NCBI GenBank assembly: GCA_036397455.1
Contig: DASWIX010000078.1
Location: forward strand, 41,002 to 105,001
Direction: 5' to 3'
Source of the DNA: Gemmatimonadales bacterium
GTDB lineage: Bacteria; Gemmatimonadota; Gemmatimonadetes; Gemmatimonadales; GWC2-71-9
Length of the DNA stretch: 64,000 nt
Shown here: piece after piece, positions 1-8,968 of the stretch
How the letters are laid out: the number at the start of each line of letters is the position of its first letter
How positions within the stretch are numbered: position 1 is the stretch's first letter
Made by a program: the position numbers and the translations under genes
Notes under the pieces: generated by a model
Told to the model about the DNA's origin: nothing
Databases searched by the model: none
What the model saw: only the letters and a program-made list of their open reading frames with translations

Positions 1-1
1 G

Positions 2-1606
2 CGACAGGACGGCGGGCAATGGACGCGGCAAACGATCCTGAGCCCTGAGGGTCTGGACCCGCGCAGTCGTTTTGGGACGTCGGTCGCCATGGATGGCGGG
101 ACGCTCGTGGCCGGCGCGCCGGCGGCACAGGGCGGGGCCGGGATGGTCGTATCGTATGCCCACAACGGATCGACGTGGACGGAGACCGAACGCCTGGCAC
201 CCGTGGGGGAGACCGGCAACCGCCAGTTCGGGACCGCACTCGCACTGTACGACGCGGACCTGGTCGTCGGTGCGCCTGCCGCCGCGGAGCGCCGCGGCGC
301 GCTGTACCATTATGTCCGCCCCGCGAACGGGGCCTGGCATCTGCAGGGCTCACTGACCGCCGACGACCTCGACCCCGGCGCCCAGCTTGGCGCGGCGGTC
401 GCCGCCGGGCCGGGCGGGGTCGTGGCCGGCGCCCCGGGGGCGGACGGGAGTCGCGGGCGCGCGCTCGTCTTCAGGCGAATCGACGGCGGTTGGGAAGGAC
501 CCGACTGGATCCGATTGGGCGGAGACCTGGCGTCCCATGCCGGCGAAGAGGTGCGATGCGCCGACGGCGATGCCGCCGGGTTCCCGTGCGACCACGTCGA
601 TCTCGAGGCGTTCCTCACCCTGGACGCGCTCGGTGGTAGTTCGGATGAGCGCGTGAGCGATCTGTGGGGCTGGACCGACCCCATGTCGCGCCGGGAGTAT
701 GCGCTGGTGGGACGTACCGGCGGTCTCGTGTTCGTCGACATCACCGACGCGACCCAGCCAACCGTGCTGGGCCTGATGCCGGCCAATCCCAGCGGCGCGC
801 GCGACATCAAGGTCTACAAGGATCACGCGTTCATGACCGGCGACGGCGCCGGCACGCACGGGTTGCTCGTGTTCGACCTTACACGGCTGCGCGATGTGCG
901 GCTGCCGCCGGTGGCATTCGAGCCGGATGTCCGCTACGACAATATCGCGAGCGCGCATAACCTCATCATCGACACGGAAGCGGGGTTCGCGTATCCCGTG
1001 GGCGCGAGCGGCGGTGGCGAGACGTGTGGCGCGGGCCTGCACATGATCGACATTCGGATCCCCAAACAGCCGACCTTCGCCGGGTGTTACACCGACGACA
1101 TCGGCCTGCTGGCACCGGGCCGAACCCACGACGGCCAATGCGTGGTGTACCGCGGGCCGGACGAAGACTACCGCGACAGGCAACTCTGCTTCGCGTCGAA
1201 CGAAACCGGACTGCGCATCGTCGATGTCACCGACAAGGCGAACCCGGCACCCATCGCGGTGGCGCGCTATCCGGGCGCGGGCTACGTCCACCAAGGCTGG
1301 CTCACCGAGGATCAGCACTATTTCTACCTCGATGACGAGTTGGATGAGATCATCGGCAGCGCCGACCGCACCCGCACCCTGATCTGGGACGTACGCGACC
1401 TCGACGACCCGATGTTGGTGGGAGCATTCCGCGGGACGACCACCGCCACCGACCACAATCTCTACATCGTGGGTGACCGGATGTACCAGGCGAACTATCA
1501 GGCGGGGTTGCGCGTCATCGACATCAGCGATCCCGAGCACCCGACCGAAGTCGCCTATTTCGATACGACCCCCTACGACGGCAACCGGCGGTCGCTCGTG
1601 CCCTAG
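2..1606 (+). CDS. Secreted FG-GAP / LVIVD-repeat (choice-of-anchor-B-like) protein, 5' end outside the window
   Basis: The frame is open from nt 2 (RQDGGQWTRQ...FGTSVAMDGG precedes the listed Met at 89). It has FG-GAP-like repeats (FGTSVA..LVAGAP, FGTALA..LVVGAP, LGAAVA..VVAGAP) followed by LVIVD-type repeats (GLLVFDL, GLRIVDV, GLRVIDI). Confidence 0.7.
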   Translation, partial: RQDGGQWTRQTILSPEGLDPRSRFGTSVAMDGGTLVAGAPAAQGGAGMVVSYAHNGSTWTETERLAPVGETGNRQFGTALALYDADLVVGAPAAAERRGALYHYVRPANGAWHLQGSLTADDLDPGAQLGAAVAAGPGGVVAGAPGADGSRGRALVFRRIDGGWEGPDWIRLGGDLASHAGEEVRCADGDAAGFPCDHVDLEAFLTLDALGGSSDERVSDLWGWTDPMSRREYALVGRTGGLVFVDITDATQPTVLGLMPANPSGARDIKVYKDHAFMTGDGAGTHGLLVFDLTRLRDVRLPPVAFEPDVRYDNIASAHNLIIDTEAGFAYPVGASGGGETCGAGLHMIDIRIPKQPTFAGCYTDDIGLLAPGRTHDGQCVVYRGPDEDYRDRQLCFASNETGLRIVDVTDKANPAPIAVARYPGAGYVHQGWLTEDQHYFYLDDELDEIIGSADRTRTLIWDVRDLDDPMLVGAFRGTTTATDHNLYIVGDRMYQANYQAGLRVIDISDPEHPTEVAYFDTTPYDGNRRSLVP

Positions 1607-1613
1607 CGCAAGG

Positions 1614-2204
1614 TTACTGCCCCTGTGGCCGGCTCCACGGCGGGACGATCTTGTTCGTGCGGGCGTACGCGATCGACTGACCGAGGTGCTCGTGCAGATC
1701 GTTCGCCATCAGGCCGATGGCGGTCGCGAGGTCGACGGTGCGGCCGAAGAACGGCACCTGACGCGCGCGGTCCTCTGCCGACAACCCGGAAACGATACCC
1801 ATCAGATGGGCGGCCGCCGACCGCATCTCGGCGATCATCTCGAGCTTCGACAACGGCTCGAGCCTGGCGCGTTCGGCTTGAAGTCCGTCGCCGGCAGCGG
1901 GCGCCTTGTCGAAGCCCCACATCGTGGGGAACAGGTGGCACTCCAGGACGAACAGGGCCATCACGTCGTGCACCGAGCGCACGCCTTCCATGGGCCGCCA
2001 GGCATACGTCTCTTCCGGGAACGCGTCGGCCAGCGCGAGGAACTTGTCCCGCATCTGCTCGAGGTCGGCCAGCTGGGCTTGCGCGGCATTCTGGAACTCC
2101 CCCCCCGCAGCCTGGGACCACGCCACCGAGCCGCCGGAGGCGGCCAGCGCCCCCACCATCCCAAGCACGCGGGACGCCCGGGGGTACCGCCTGATGTTCT
2201 TCAT
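1614..2204 (-). CDS. DinB-family (DinB_2-like) protein with N-terminal signal-like segment
   Basis: The internal ATG at 2204 (MKNIRRYP...) is preceded by AAAGGAG. The region upstream of it in the 295-aa ORF is Ser/Arg-rich junk. The layout is a His-containing four-helix DinB-like protein (ETYAWRP, HVMALFVLECH, NDLHEHLGQ). Confidence 0.75.
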   Translation of the reverse strand: MKNIRRYPRASRVLGMVGALAASGGSVAWSQAAGGEFQNAAQAQLADLEQMRDKFLALADAFPEETYAWRPMEGVRSVHDVMALFVLECHLFPTMWGFDKAPAAGDGLQAERARLEPLSKLEMIAEMRSAAAHLMGIVSGLSAEDRARQVPFFGRTVDLATAIGLMANDLHEHLGQSIAYARTNKIVPPWSRPQGQ

Positions 2205-2250
2205 GCTCGACTCCTTTGGTTTGTTGGTGACGTGGATACCGCGCAGACCC

Positions 2251-5200
2251 TCATCGGTTCCCTCCGCGCCCGCCGCCACTCCGGTCCTCGGTCGTGCGAT
2301 AGTCAAACCCGCGGTTGGGATAGCGAGGCGGCGCCGGGACGGTTCGTGGGTCCCGCGCGATCTGTTCGCGCAGGTACGCGACCGCCGCGTCGAGTTGGGC
2401 GTCGGCCCCGTTGAACGTCGCGTGTGGCAGGTTGTCGACGACGATGTCCGGAACGACCCCCCACTGCTCGATGAGCCACTCCCCCTCCGGACCGTACACA
2501 CCGGTCATCGGCGCGCGTGCCAATCCTCCATCCGTCAGCCGATTGACCGAGCTGAGCCAGATTTCCCCGCCCCAGGTCCGCGCCCCGATCACCGGCCCCA
2601 GCCCCAGCCGGCGAAAGCCATCGGCGAAGGCTTCCCCGTCGGAGGCGGTGTTCTGGTCGACCAGCACCACCATGTGGCCGCGGAACGCGTACTGCATGTT
2701 CCAGGTGGGTTGTCCCACGCGATCCTTGAAGTACATCCACGCCTGCCGCATGAGCTTCTCGAGGATGAAGCTGTCGATGTTGCCGCCGTTGTTGTCGCGC
2801 ACGTCGATGATGAGACCCTGCCGGTTGAACACCGGATAGAATTGGCGATACCACTCCGTAAGGTTGCCGCCACCCATGGCGCTCAGATACACGTAGCCGA
2901 TACGGCCGTCACCCTGCTCCTCGACCCGTTGGCGGCGGGAATACACCCAGTCCTCGTACCGGAGCGCGTATTCGTTGGATGCCGGCACGACGATCACGTC
3001 GCGCGACTCGCCGCGTCGTGTGGCGTCGGCGCCGGCGCCGCCGGGTTTGACCGTGATCAGTACCTGGCGGCCGGCCTGGTTACGCAATAACGCGCCAATA
3101 TCGTTCCGCTCGAGCGTCGCGACGCCGTTCACCGCCACGATGACGTCGCCGTTGTGGACGTCCAGGTCAGGATCGGCCAGGGGCGACTTCTCGTCGGGGT
3201 AGTCGGGGTCGGTCTCGTAGATATGATCGATCCGGTAGCCACCGGCCGCGGGATCACGGAACAGTCGCGCGCCCAGCGTCGGCACGGATACGTTGTCCTC
3301 CCCCGTCCGCGTGTCACCGCCGCGCACGCTGGTGTGCAGCGCCGAGAGTTCCCCGACGACACGTCCGATCAGGTCCGACAGCTCGTCCCGCGTCGTGACG
3401 CGATCCACCAGCGGCAGGTACTTCCGGAGCGTGGCATCCCAATCGACCCCGTGCATCGAGGGGTCGTAGAAGTAGTCGCGCTCGAGTCGCCACGCGTCGA
3501 TGAAGATCTGGCGCCAGTCCTCGCGTACGTCAATCGGGAACGACCACCCGCTCAGATCGACCCGACTGTCGGCCAGGTCGCTGACTGTCGACGCCTTGGC
3601 GTCGATGACGTGCAGCGCGTTGCCGCGGCGCACGAGAAGCTTGCGGCCGTCGGCCGACAGTTCAGCCGAACGAATGTCGGCCACCATCGTCACCGGCTCC
3701 GGATCGTCATTCCCGATCGTCATGCCCATCAGGTCGGTCTGGGCGTCCGGCCCGGAACCGCGGGAAGCCCAAAACAGTACCTTGTCGTTGACCGACAGGC
3801 CGGAGTAGTTCCCGGGCGGTACCGGGACGCGTTTGACGCGACCCGCCAACCCTTCGGTGTCGATGCGCAGCGTAGGCGCCTGGCGTTCCCGCTCCGCCGG
3901 GTCGCTCCCGGCGGCCGCCGGCGTCACTCCCAATTCGTCCTTGGGACGGAAGGGAGACCGCACGCCGCGTTGTAAGGCGACATGATAGATCTCGATCTGG
4001 CGGTCGAAATACGGTTCCGGTTGACGGGCGCCCCACGGTCCCCCCACCAACGAGCGCAAATTACGGTCGGAGAGGAAGTAGAGAAACGTCCCGCCCGGAT
4101 CCCACGCGACGCTGAAGCTGTTGACCCGGTCGCTCGTCACCGGCACGCGCACGCCATCGGTCAGGCTGAACAGCCTGATCTGCACAAAACTGTTGGGCGC
4201 ACGCATGGCGAAGGCCAGCCAGCGGCTATCGGGCGACCACGAAAAGTCGCCGATCCCTTCCTGGTTTTCCGAGACCTTCCGCCGGGTTCCGGCACGCACG
4301 TCGAGGATCCACAGGTCGTTGTTGTTGTCGTCATAGGCGACATACCGCCCGTTCGGCGACGGCACTCCCGCGAACCGCAACATGGTGCCGTCGTTCGACA
4401 GGCGGCGGTCGGCTCCCACGCCGTTAGCGGGGATCGCGACGAACTCGAGCTCGCCGGTCTCATCGGACAGGCCGAGCAGCGAGTCGCCGTTGGGCATGAA
4501 CGCCACGTCGCGGAACCGGACGCTGTCCTTGCGCGATGCCCGCACCAGTCTGCCGTCCCCCACCGGTGCGACGAACACCCGCCCGCGCGCGGTCAGCACC
4601 ACGCGCTCGCCGGCGGGGTCGAGGTGCGCGGACGTGAGATAGTCCATCGGATTGGTGACCCACTTCTCGCGCAACTGGTCGAAATCCGACACGAGCGTGA
4701 TGGCCAGTCGTCGGTCGGCGTTGGATGCGACGTCGAACCGCCACAGGTCGGCTCCCAGTTGATACACGATCCGTCCATCGGACAGCGCCGGGTTCTTCAC
4801 GTCCCAACCGCTGTGCCGGGTGTGCTGTCGCAGATCGCCACCGGTGGCGGCCATCGACCAGAGGTTCATCGTTCCGTCGCGGTCCGAAACGAAGTACACG
4901 CGGCCGTTCCACGTCATGGGGGAGTGGCTTTCGCCGTCGTAGCTCCCGGTCAACTCGACCGCCTCTTCGGCGCCCTGGGCGAAACGCCACACGTCCCGGG
5001 CGGTGCCGCCCGTATAGCGTTTGGTCACGTTGTTGTGGTAAGCGGGGCGCACGAAGTAGAGCGCAGCAGTTCCGTCGAACGCCACCTCGCTGGCGTCGGC
5101 AAGCGGGATCAGGGAACGGGTCCCGTCACGCAGATCGAGTTGCACCAACTGCGGTTTCGGCAATCCATTATAGTGGCGCGTGGTATACACCAGGCGACCG

Positions 5201-5559
5201 TCCGGCGACCAAGCGGTGGCGACCGAGGCGTCGCCCTCGTAGGTCCACCGGGTCGGCACCCCGCCGCCGATCGGCATCGTGTACAGTTCGGCCGGCCCCT
5301 CGTAGCGCGCGGTGAACGCCAGCGTGGTCCCGTCGGGGGAAATGACGGGATTCGTTTCTTCGGCGGCGTGCGTCGTCAACCGGCGCGCGACACCGCCGTC
5401 AGCCGATACGGTCCACAGGTCACCTTCGGCGGCGAAGACGAGGACGTCGCCACGGAGCGCGGGGTAACGATACAGGCCAAGCGCGCCCGACTGCTGGGCG
5501 GCCGCATCGGCGGAGGGAGAGGGAAACGCGAACATGAGAGCGAAGATCAGCAAGCGCAT
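2251..5559 (-). CDS. Tricorn protease homolog (beta-propellers + PDZ + S41 peptidase domain)
   Basis: 1102 aa with a signal peptide (MRLLIFALMFAFPSPSADA) and repeated WSPDG/ISPDG propeller motifs. It has a PDZ-like segment and a C-terminal S41 core (LIIDVRDNNGGN ... VLVDQNTASDGEAF). Confidence 0.9.
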   Translation of the reverse strand: MRLLIFALMFAFPSPSADAAAQQSGALGLYRYPALRGDVLVFAAEGDLWTVSADGGVARRLTTHAAEETNPVISPDGTTLAFTARYEGPAELYTMPIGGGVPTRWTYEGDASVATAWSPDGRLVYTTRHYNGLPKPQLVQLDLRDGTRSLIPLADASEVAFDGTAALYFVRPAYHNNVTKRYTGGTARDVWRFAQGAEEAVELTGSYDGESHSPMTWNGRVYFVSDRDGTMNLWSMAATGGDLRQHTRHSGWDVKNPALSDGRIVYQLGADLWRFDVASNADRRLAITLVSDFDQLREKWVTNPMDYLTSAHLDPAGERVVLTARGRVFVAPVGDGRLVRASRKDSVRFRDVAFMPNGDSLLGLSDETGELEFVAIPANGVGADRRLSNDGTMLRFAGVPSPNGRYVAYDDNNNDLWILDVRAGTRRKVSENQEGIGDFSWSPDSRWLAFAMRAPNSFVQIRLFSLTDGVRVPVTSDRVNSFSVAWDPGGTFLYFLSDRNLRSLVGGPWGARQPEPYFDRQIEIYHVALQRGVRSPFRPKDELGVTPAAAGSDPAERERQAPTLRIDTEGLAGRVKRVPVPPGNYSGLSVNDKVLFWASRGSGPDAQTDLMGMTIGNDDPEPVTMVADIRSAELSADGRKLLVRRGNALHVIDAKASTVSDLADSRVDLSGWSFPIDVREDWRQIFIDAWRLERDYFYDPSMHGVDWDATLRKYLPLVDRVTTRDELSDLIGRVVGELSALHTSVRGGDTRTGEDNVSVPTLGARLFRDPAAGGYRIDHIYETDPDYPDEKSPLADPDLDVHNGDVIVAVNGVATLERNDIGALLRNQAGRQVLITVKPGGAGADATRRGESRDVIVVPASNEYALRYEDWVYSRRQRVEEQGDGRIGYVYLSAMGGGNLTEWYRQFYPVFNRQGLIIDVRDNNGGNIDSFILEKLMRQAWMYFKDRVGQPTWNMQYAFRGHMVVLVDQNTASDGEAFADGFRRLGLGPVIGARTWGGEIWLSSVNRLTDGGLARAPMTGVYGPEGEWLIEQWGVVPDIVVDNLPHATFNGADAQLDAAVAYLREQIARDPRTVPAPPRYPNRGFDYRTTEDRSGGGRGGNR

Positions 5560-5743
5560 GGTGCGGCCTCGGTCGTGGGACTGGTCCTGTAGCTCGGGCG
5601 CGGGCGAGGGGTCACTCGCTCACGGGACGGAAAACATGTCGCGCGGGAGCGGTCGGCGCGAGGGGGTGCCCGGGTCACACGCGTGGCAACGTCGGATCAA
5701 ACACGAGCGCGACAATCGTCAATACGATGCGGCATCGACGCGG

Positions 5744-6778
5744 TTATGGTTTGCCCCGGGCCGGGACTGGCGACTTCACCCGTTGGCGCCAGGCCTCGAC
5801 CGGCCGGCGCGCTTCGCGAGATCGGCTCCACCAGTCGGTCAAGCGCGCGACTCCGTCCTCCAATGGCACGCGCGGCGCGAACCCGAACGCCTTACTCGCC
5901 TTGCTATGGGGATAGTAGGCCGGGTGGACCAGTGACAAGGACATCTGTCGGCCGGTGGCGGCACGATACAACCGGTCGACCCCCGCCCGCACGGCGCGAT
6001 CGAGGGGCGCCGGCAACTTGAGCACCCGCCGACCCACAACCCGACCAAGGGCGCGGACGAACTCATTCAGCTTGACCATCTCGTGACCGACGTGAAAGAC
6101 CTCGTCGGCGGCCGCCTCGGACTCGGCGGCTTGCAACATCGCTTCGACCAGATCGTCGATCCAGATGACGTCGATCGGGAAGTCCCCAATCGCGATGGGC
6201 ATCCGCCGCAGCATGCGCTCCCACTGATGGAACCAGGGGCCGGAGCCGGGCCCGTACACGTTCGTGGGGCGGATAATGGTATAGCGGAGCCCACCGGAGG
6301 TAGCCAGCGCGCGGACCCGGAGTTCCCCCTCGTACTTGGTGCGTCCATAGGCGTTGAGCCGCTCGACATGTTCCGGCGCGATCGCTTCCGAGATCCACGG
6401 ATCCGATCGGCGCGTGGCCGCGAAGACGGAAATCGAGCTGACGTACACGAATCGTCGGACGCCGCATTCGAGCGCCGCTCGTCCGAGCCGTTCGGTACCC
6501 AGGACGTTGACGGCGCGGCTGCGTGCCGCGTCGCGCCGTCCCATCGTGGCCGCGCAGTGGTGGACCGTGTCGGCACCTCGAACCAACCGGCGCAGCGCTT
6601 CCGTGTCGTCGAGGTCGCCGCGGACGATCTCGCAGCCTCGGTCGGCCAAGCGCTCGGCGCGCGCGTCACCGGGGCGGAACAGGGCGCGCACCCGAACGTG
6701 CGGGAGGAGGCGCGCCACCAGCGCGCCACCCACGAACCCGCTCGCGCCGGTCACGGCGACGGTCTGCTGCGGTCTCAT
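5744..6778 (-). CDS. NAD-dependent epimerase/dehydratase (extended SDR) family protein
   Basis: N-terminal Rossmann motif VAVTGASGFVGGALV and a YGRTK catalytic Yxx(x)K. The start ATG overlaps the upstream stop (ATGA at 6775-6778). Confidence 0.85.
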   Translation of the reverse strand: MRPQQTVAVTGASGFVGGALVARLLPHVRVRALFRPGDARAERLADRGCEIVRGDLDDTEALRRLVRGADTVHHCAATMGRRDAARSRAVNVLGTERLGRAALECGVRRFVYVSSISVFAATRRSDPWISEAIAPEHVERLNAYGRTKYEGELRVRALATSGGLRYTIIRPTNVYGPGSGPWFHQWERMLRRMPIAIGDFPIDVIWIDDLVEAMLQAAESEAAADEVFHVGHEMVKLNEFVRALGRVVGRRVLKLPAPLDRAVRAGVDRLYRAATGRQMSLSLVHPAYYPHSKASKAFGFAPRVPLEDGVARLTDWWSRSREARRPVEAWRQRVKSPVPARGKP

Positions 6779-8031
6779 AACCCGAACCTCCGCGTGAATT
6801 GGTTGGCAAACATCCCGTCAGGATCGAGCGAGGCCCGCGCGCTGCCGAACGCATCCCAACGGGGATACTGGCGGCGCAGGTACACGGGACGGAGGGCCAT
6901 GTGTTTGCCCCAGTGACAGCGGGCATCGAGGTCGCCTACGACATCCTCAAGCGCCGACTCGAAGGCATCGTTTCGCCGATAAAACAGATCCATCCAGAAC
7001 GATGCGCGCCCGTAGCACGGACTCAACGAAAAACCGTCGGCGGCCGACGCGCGCAACCCGACTGGGTTCACGAGCGTATGACGGTGATCGGCGAGGAAGG
7101 CGTCGAGCCGTCCCAACGTCTCGGCGGCACGCTCGCTGGGGATCGCCACCTCCGCGGCTTGCCAATCGTCGCTCAAGCGCCGCAACATCTGCACGCGCTT
7201 GGATCCGCCCGCGATCGGGGTAAGGATACGGTCCCACGAGTCCACGGCGGTGGCCGTGAACCATCGGTTCCGCAGCACGTTGACGCCGAGATGCGTGGAC
7301 ATCTTGTTCGCCAGAAACGTGGCGGGACAAAACCGCTCGCGGCGGCGGACCGCCCGAACCGGCCGCGGCGCGCGATCCGCCGCGAACGTGACGACACGGC
7401 GCGCACTCGGAAACCACACAGCCGCGTAGAACTCGTGCGCCCGCTGCGCGGTGGCGAGTTGCATCACGTACCGTTCGAACGGCTCCACCCGCATCACCAT
7501 TTCGAGGTAGAATCGTGCCTCGCACCTGCATGTGACCGTCGAAATCACACCGAACGTGCCGAACGAGACCGCGACGTGCTGAAACAGGGGATCACCGCGG
7601 CGCAGTTCGAGGATCTGACCGCCCGCCGTCACGATGCGCATCGACTCCACTGAACTCGCGAAGATCCCGTGGGCCGCCGAGCCACCGTGAGTGCCACTCG
7701 ACAGCGCACCCGCCACGGTCGCGCCGGCCCACTCGCCGTTGGTCGGCAACGCCAGCCCCTGCGCAGCGAGCGCGGCGTTGAGAGTTCCGACCGTCGTTCC
7801 GGCCTGGACGGTCACATACTCACCGTCCACCGAGAGCACACGATTGTACCGTTCGAACGAAAGCGACGTGCCCGCGGTCTTGTAACAAGCGTTCTTCGAT
7901 CCTGCCGCTCCCACCGGCCGCACGCTCTCGCCACGATCCTTCGCCGCCAGGACCGCCGCCACGATGTCCAGTTCGGATTCGACCACAACGTGCCGCAATG
8001 GGCGTTCCATTACTTCGGGGTTCATGATCAC
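6775..8031 (-). CDS. FAD-binding oxidoreductase with C-terminal ALO (arabinono/gulono-lactone oxidase, DprE1-type) domain
   Basis: FAD_binding_4-like N-terminus (VRPVGAAGSKNA, GALSSGTHGG) and a C-terminal HWGKH motif typical of the ALO domain. Confidence 0.8.
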   Translation of the reverse strand: MIMNPEVMERPLRHVVVESELDIVAAVLAAKDRGESVRPVGAAGSKNACYKTAGTSLSFERYNRVLSVDGEYVTVQAGTTVGTLNAALAAQGLALPTNGEWAGATVAGALSSGTHGGSAAHGIFASSVESMRIVTAGGQILELRRGDPLFQHVAVSFGTFGVISTVTCRCEARFYLEMVMRVEPFERYVMQLATAQRAHEFYAAVWFPSARRVVTFAADRAPRPVRAVRRRERFCPATFLANKMSTHLGVNVLRNRWFTATAVDSWDRILTPIAGGSKRVQMLRRLSDDWQAAEVAIPSERAAETLGRLDAFLADHRHTLVNPVGLRASAADGFSLSPCYGRASFWMDLFYRRNDAFESALEDVVGDLDARCHWGKHMALRPVYLRRQYPRWDAFGSARASLDPDGMFANQFTRRFGL

Positions 8032-8043
8032 GGTCGCCTCCGG

Positions 8044-8775
8044 TCAACGGCTCCCCAGCGGGCTCACGGCGCTCGCGGGGTGCAATGGCGTTGGGGTGGA
8101 GGACGACAACGCGGGCGTCGAGCGGGTCCGGCCGGCCCTCCATTGGGCGAGTGCCCACGCTCCGGTGGCGAAGACCATCGAACCCACCGTCAGACCGATC
8201 AACCATGAGGTCGGAATCGCGAGTGGCGTCCCCAGAGCAGCGATGAACCACAAGCGCGGGAAGCGACCGAGCGCCGTCGCGGTGAGATGGCGCGCCACCG
8301 AGTAGCCCGACAGCGCGGACAACAGCCGCGCCATCCAGAACGGGACCGGGCCAAGCGCACAGAAGACGATCACGGCGAACGGCATGCGCTGGTACCACGC
8401 TGTGAGCCGCGTGCCGAACTGACTGTCACGCACGCGGCGGACGGCATGCATCTCTCCCGCTCGCGCGTAGAGGTGGTAGTTGATCCACTCCACGAACACC
8501 GTCGCCATGGTGCCGAGCAGGCCGATCAGCAGGGGCGGAAAGAATCGACCGTACAGCATCAGTGCCGGTTCGTAGCCGCCGTTGAGCACCGGCGAGTGCG
8601 GTCCGTTGGTCCAAACCGTATACAGCACGAACGGTGCGAGCTGGGCGATGGCGGGAACGAGTAACGCACCGACCAGGGCCACGGCAGCGAGGACACCCGA
8701 AACCCGGAGCATCAGGTCGTCGGTGGGTGTGCCGCGGTGGCGCGTCAGAACATCAGCACAGCGGGCAAGGGACAT
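8044..8775 (-). CDS. Polytopic membrane protein (VTT/DedA-like, tentative)
   Basis: 243 aa with 5-6 hydrophobic helices. It is co-directional with, and 12 nt upstream of, the FAD oxidase gene. The family assignment comes from overall pattern only. Confidence 0.55.
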   Translation of the reverse strand: MSLARCADVLTRHRGTPTDDLMLRVSGVLAAVALVGALLVPAIAQLAPFVLYTVWTNGPHSPVLNGGYEPALMLYGRFFPPLLIGLLGTMATVFVEWINYHLYARAGEMHAVRRVRDSQFGTRLTAWYQRMPFAVIVFCALGPVPFWMARLLSALSGYSVARHLTATALGRFPRLWFIAALGTPLAIPTSWLIGLTVGSMVFATGAWALAQWRAGRTRSTPALSSSTPTPLHPASAVSPLGSR

Positions 8776-8879
8776 CGGGCCTCCCGGGCTTCGCCGCGTT
8801 CATCGCGGCGTACGGGCACACGATGCCCGGGATCCGTTGCCCGCCTATGTCATTGGGTGTGACCCGACTGTTCCCCGCC

Positions 8880-8912
8880 GGGGAAACGGGGGGGTGGGGG
8901 GGGCTGGGGGGG
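8880..8912 (+). repeat. Poly-G tract with four G-runs (G4-N4-G7-N1-G8-N2-G7), a G-quadruplex-type motif
   Basis: Read directly from the sequence: GGGGAAACGGGGGGGTGGGGGGGGCTGGGGGGG. It lies in the intergenic region between the MBL hydrolase stop and the membrane-protein start. Confidence 0.8.
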
Positions 8913-8922
8913 CAACTGTTCC

Positions 8923-8952
8923 GGGCGCACGGCCCCGCCGGGGCGCACGGCC
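8923..8952. repeat. Two direct copies of GGGCGCACGGCC (REP-like 12-mer)
   Basis: The copies are at 8923-8934 and 8941-8952. The same 12-mer forms the core of the 32-bp palindrome at 39451-39482. Confidence 0.8.
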
Positions 8953-8968
8953 GAGTGCCCCAGCTATC

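Noticed and set aside
1540-1613. Possible C-terminal truncation of the LVIVD-repeat protein. It ends ...FDTTPYDGNRRSLVP only 7 nt from the convergent DinB gene, whereas I recall homologues continuing with an aromatic-rich GAWS..YPYF segment.
   Set aside because: This rests only on memory of homologues, with no internal evidence such as a frame continuation or repeats. It needs an alignment.
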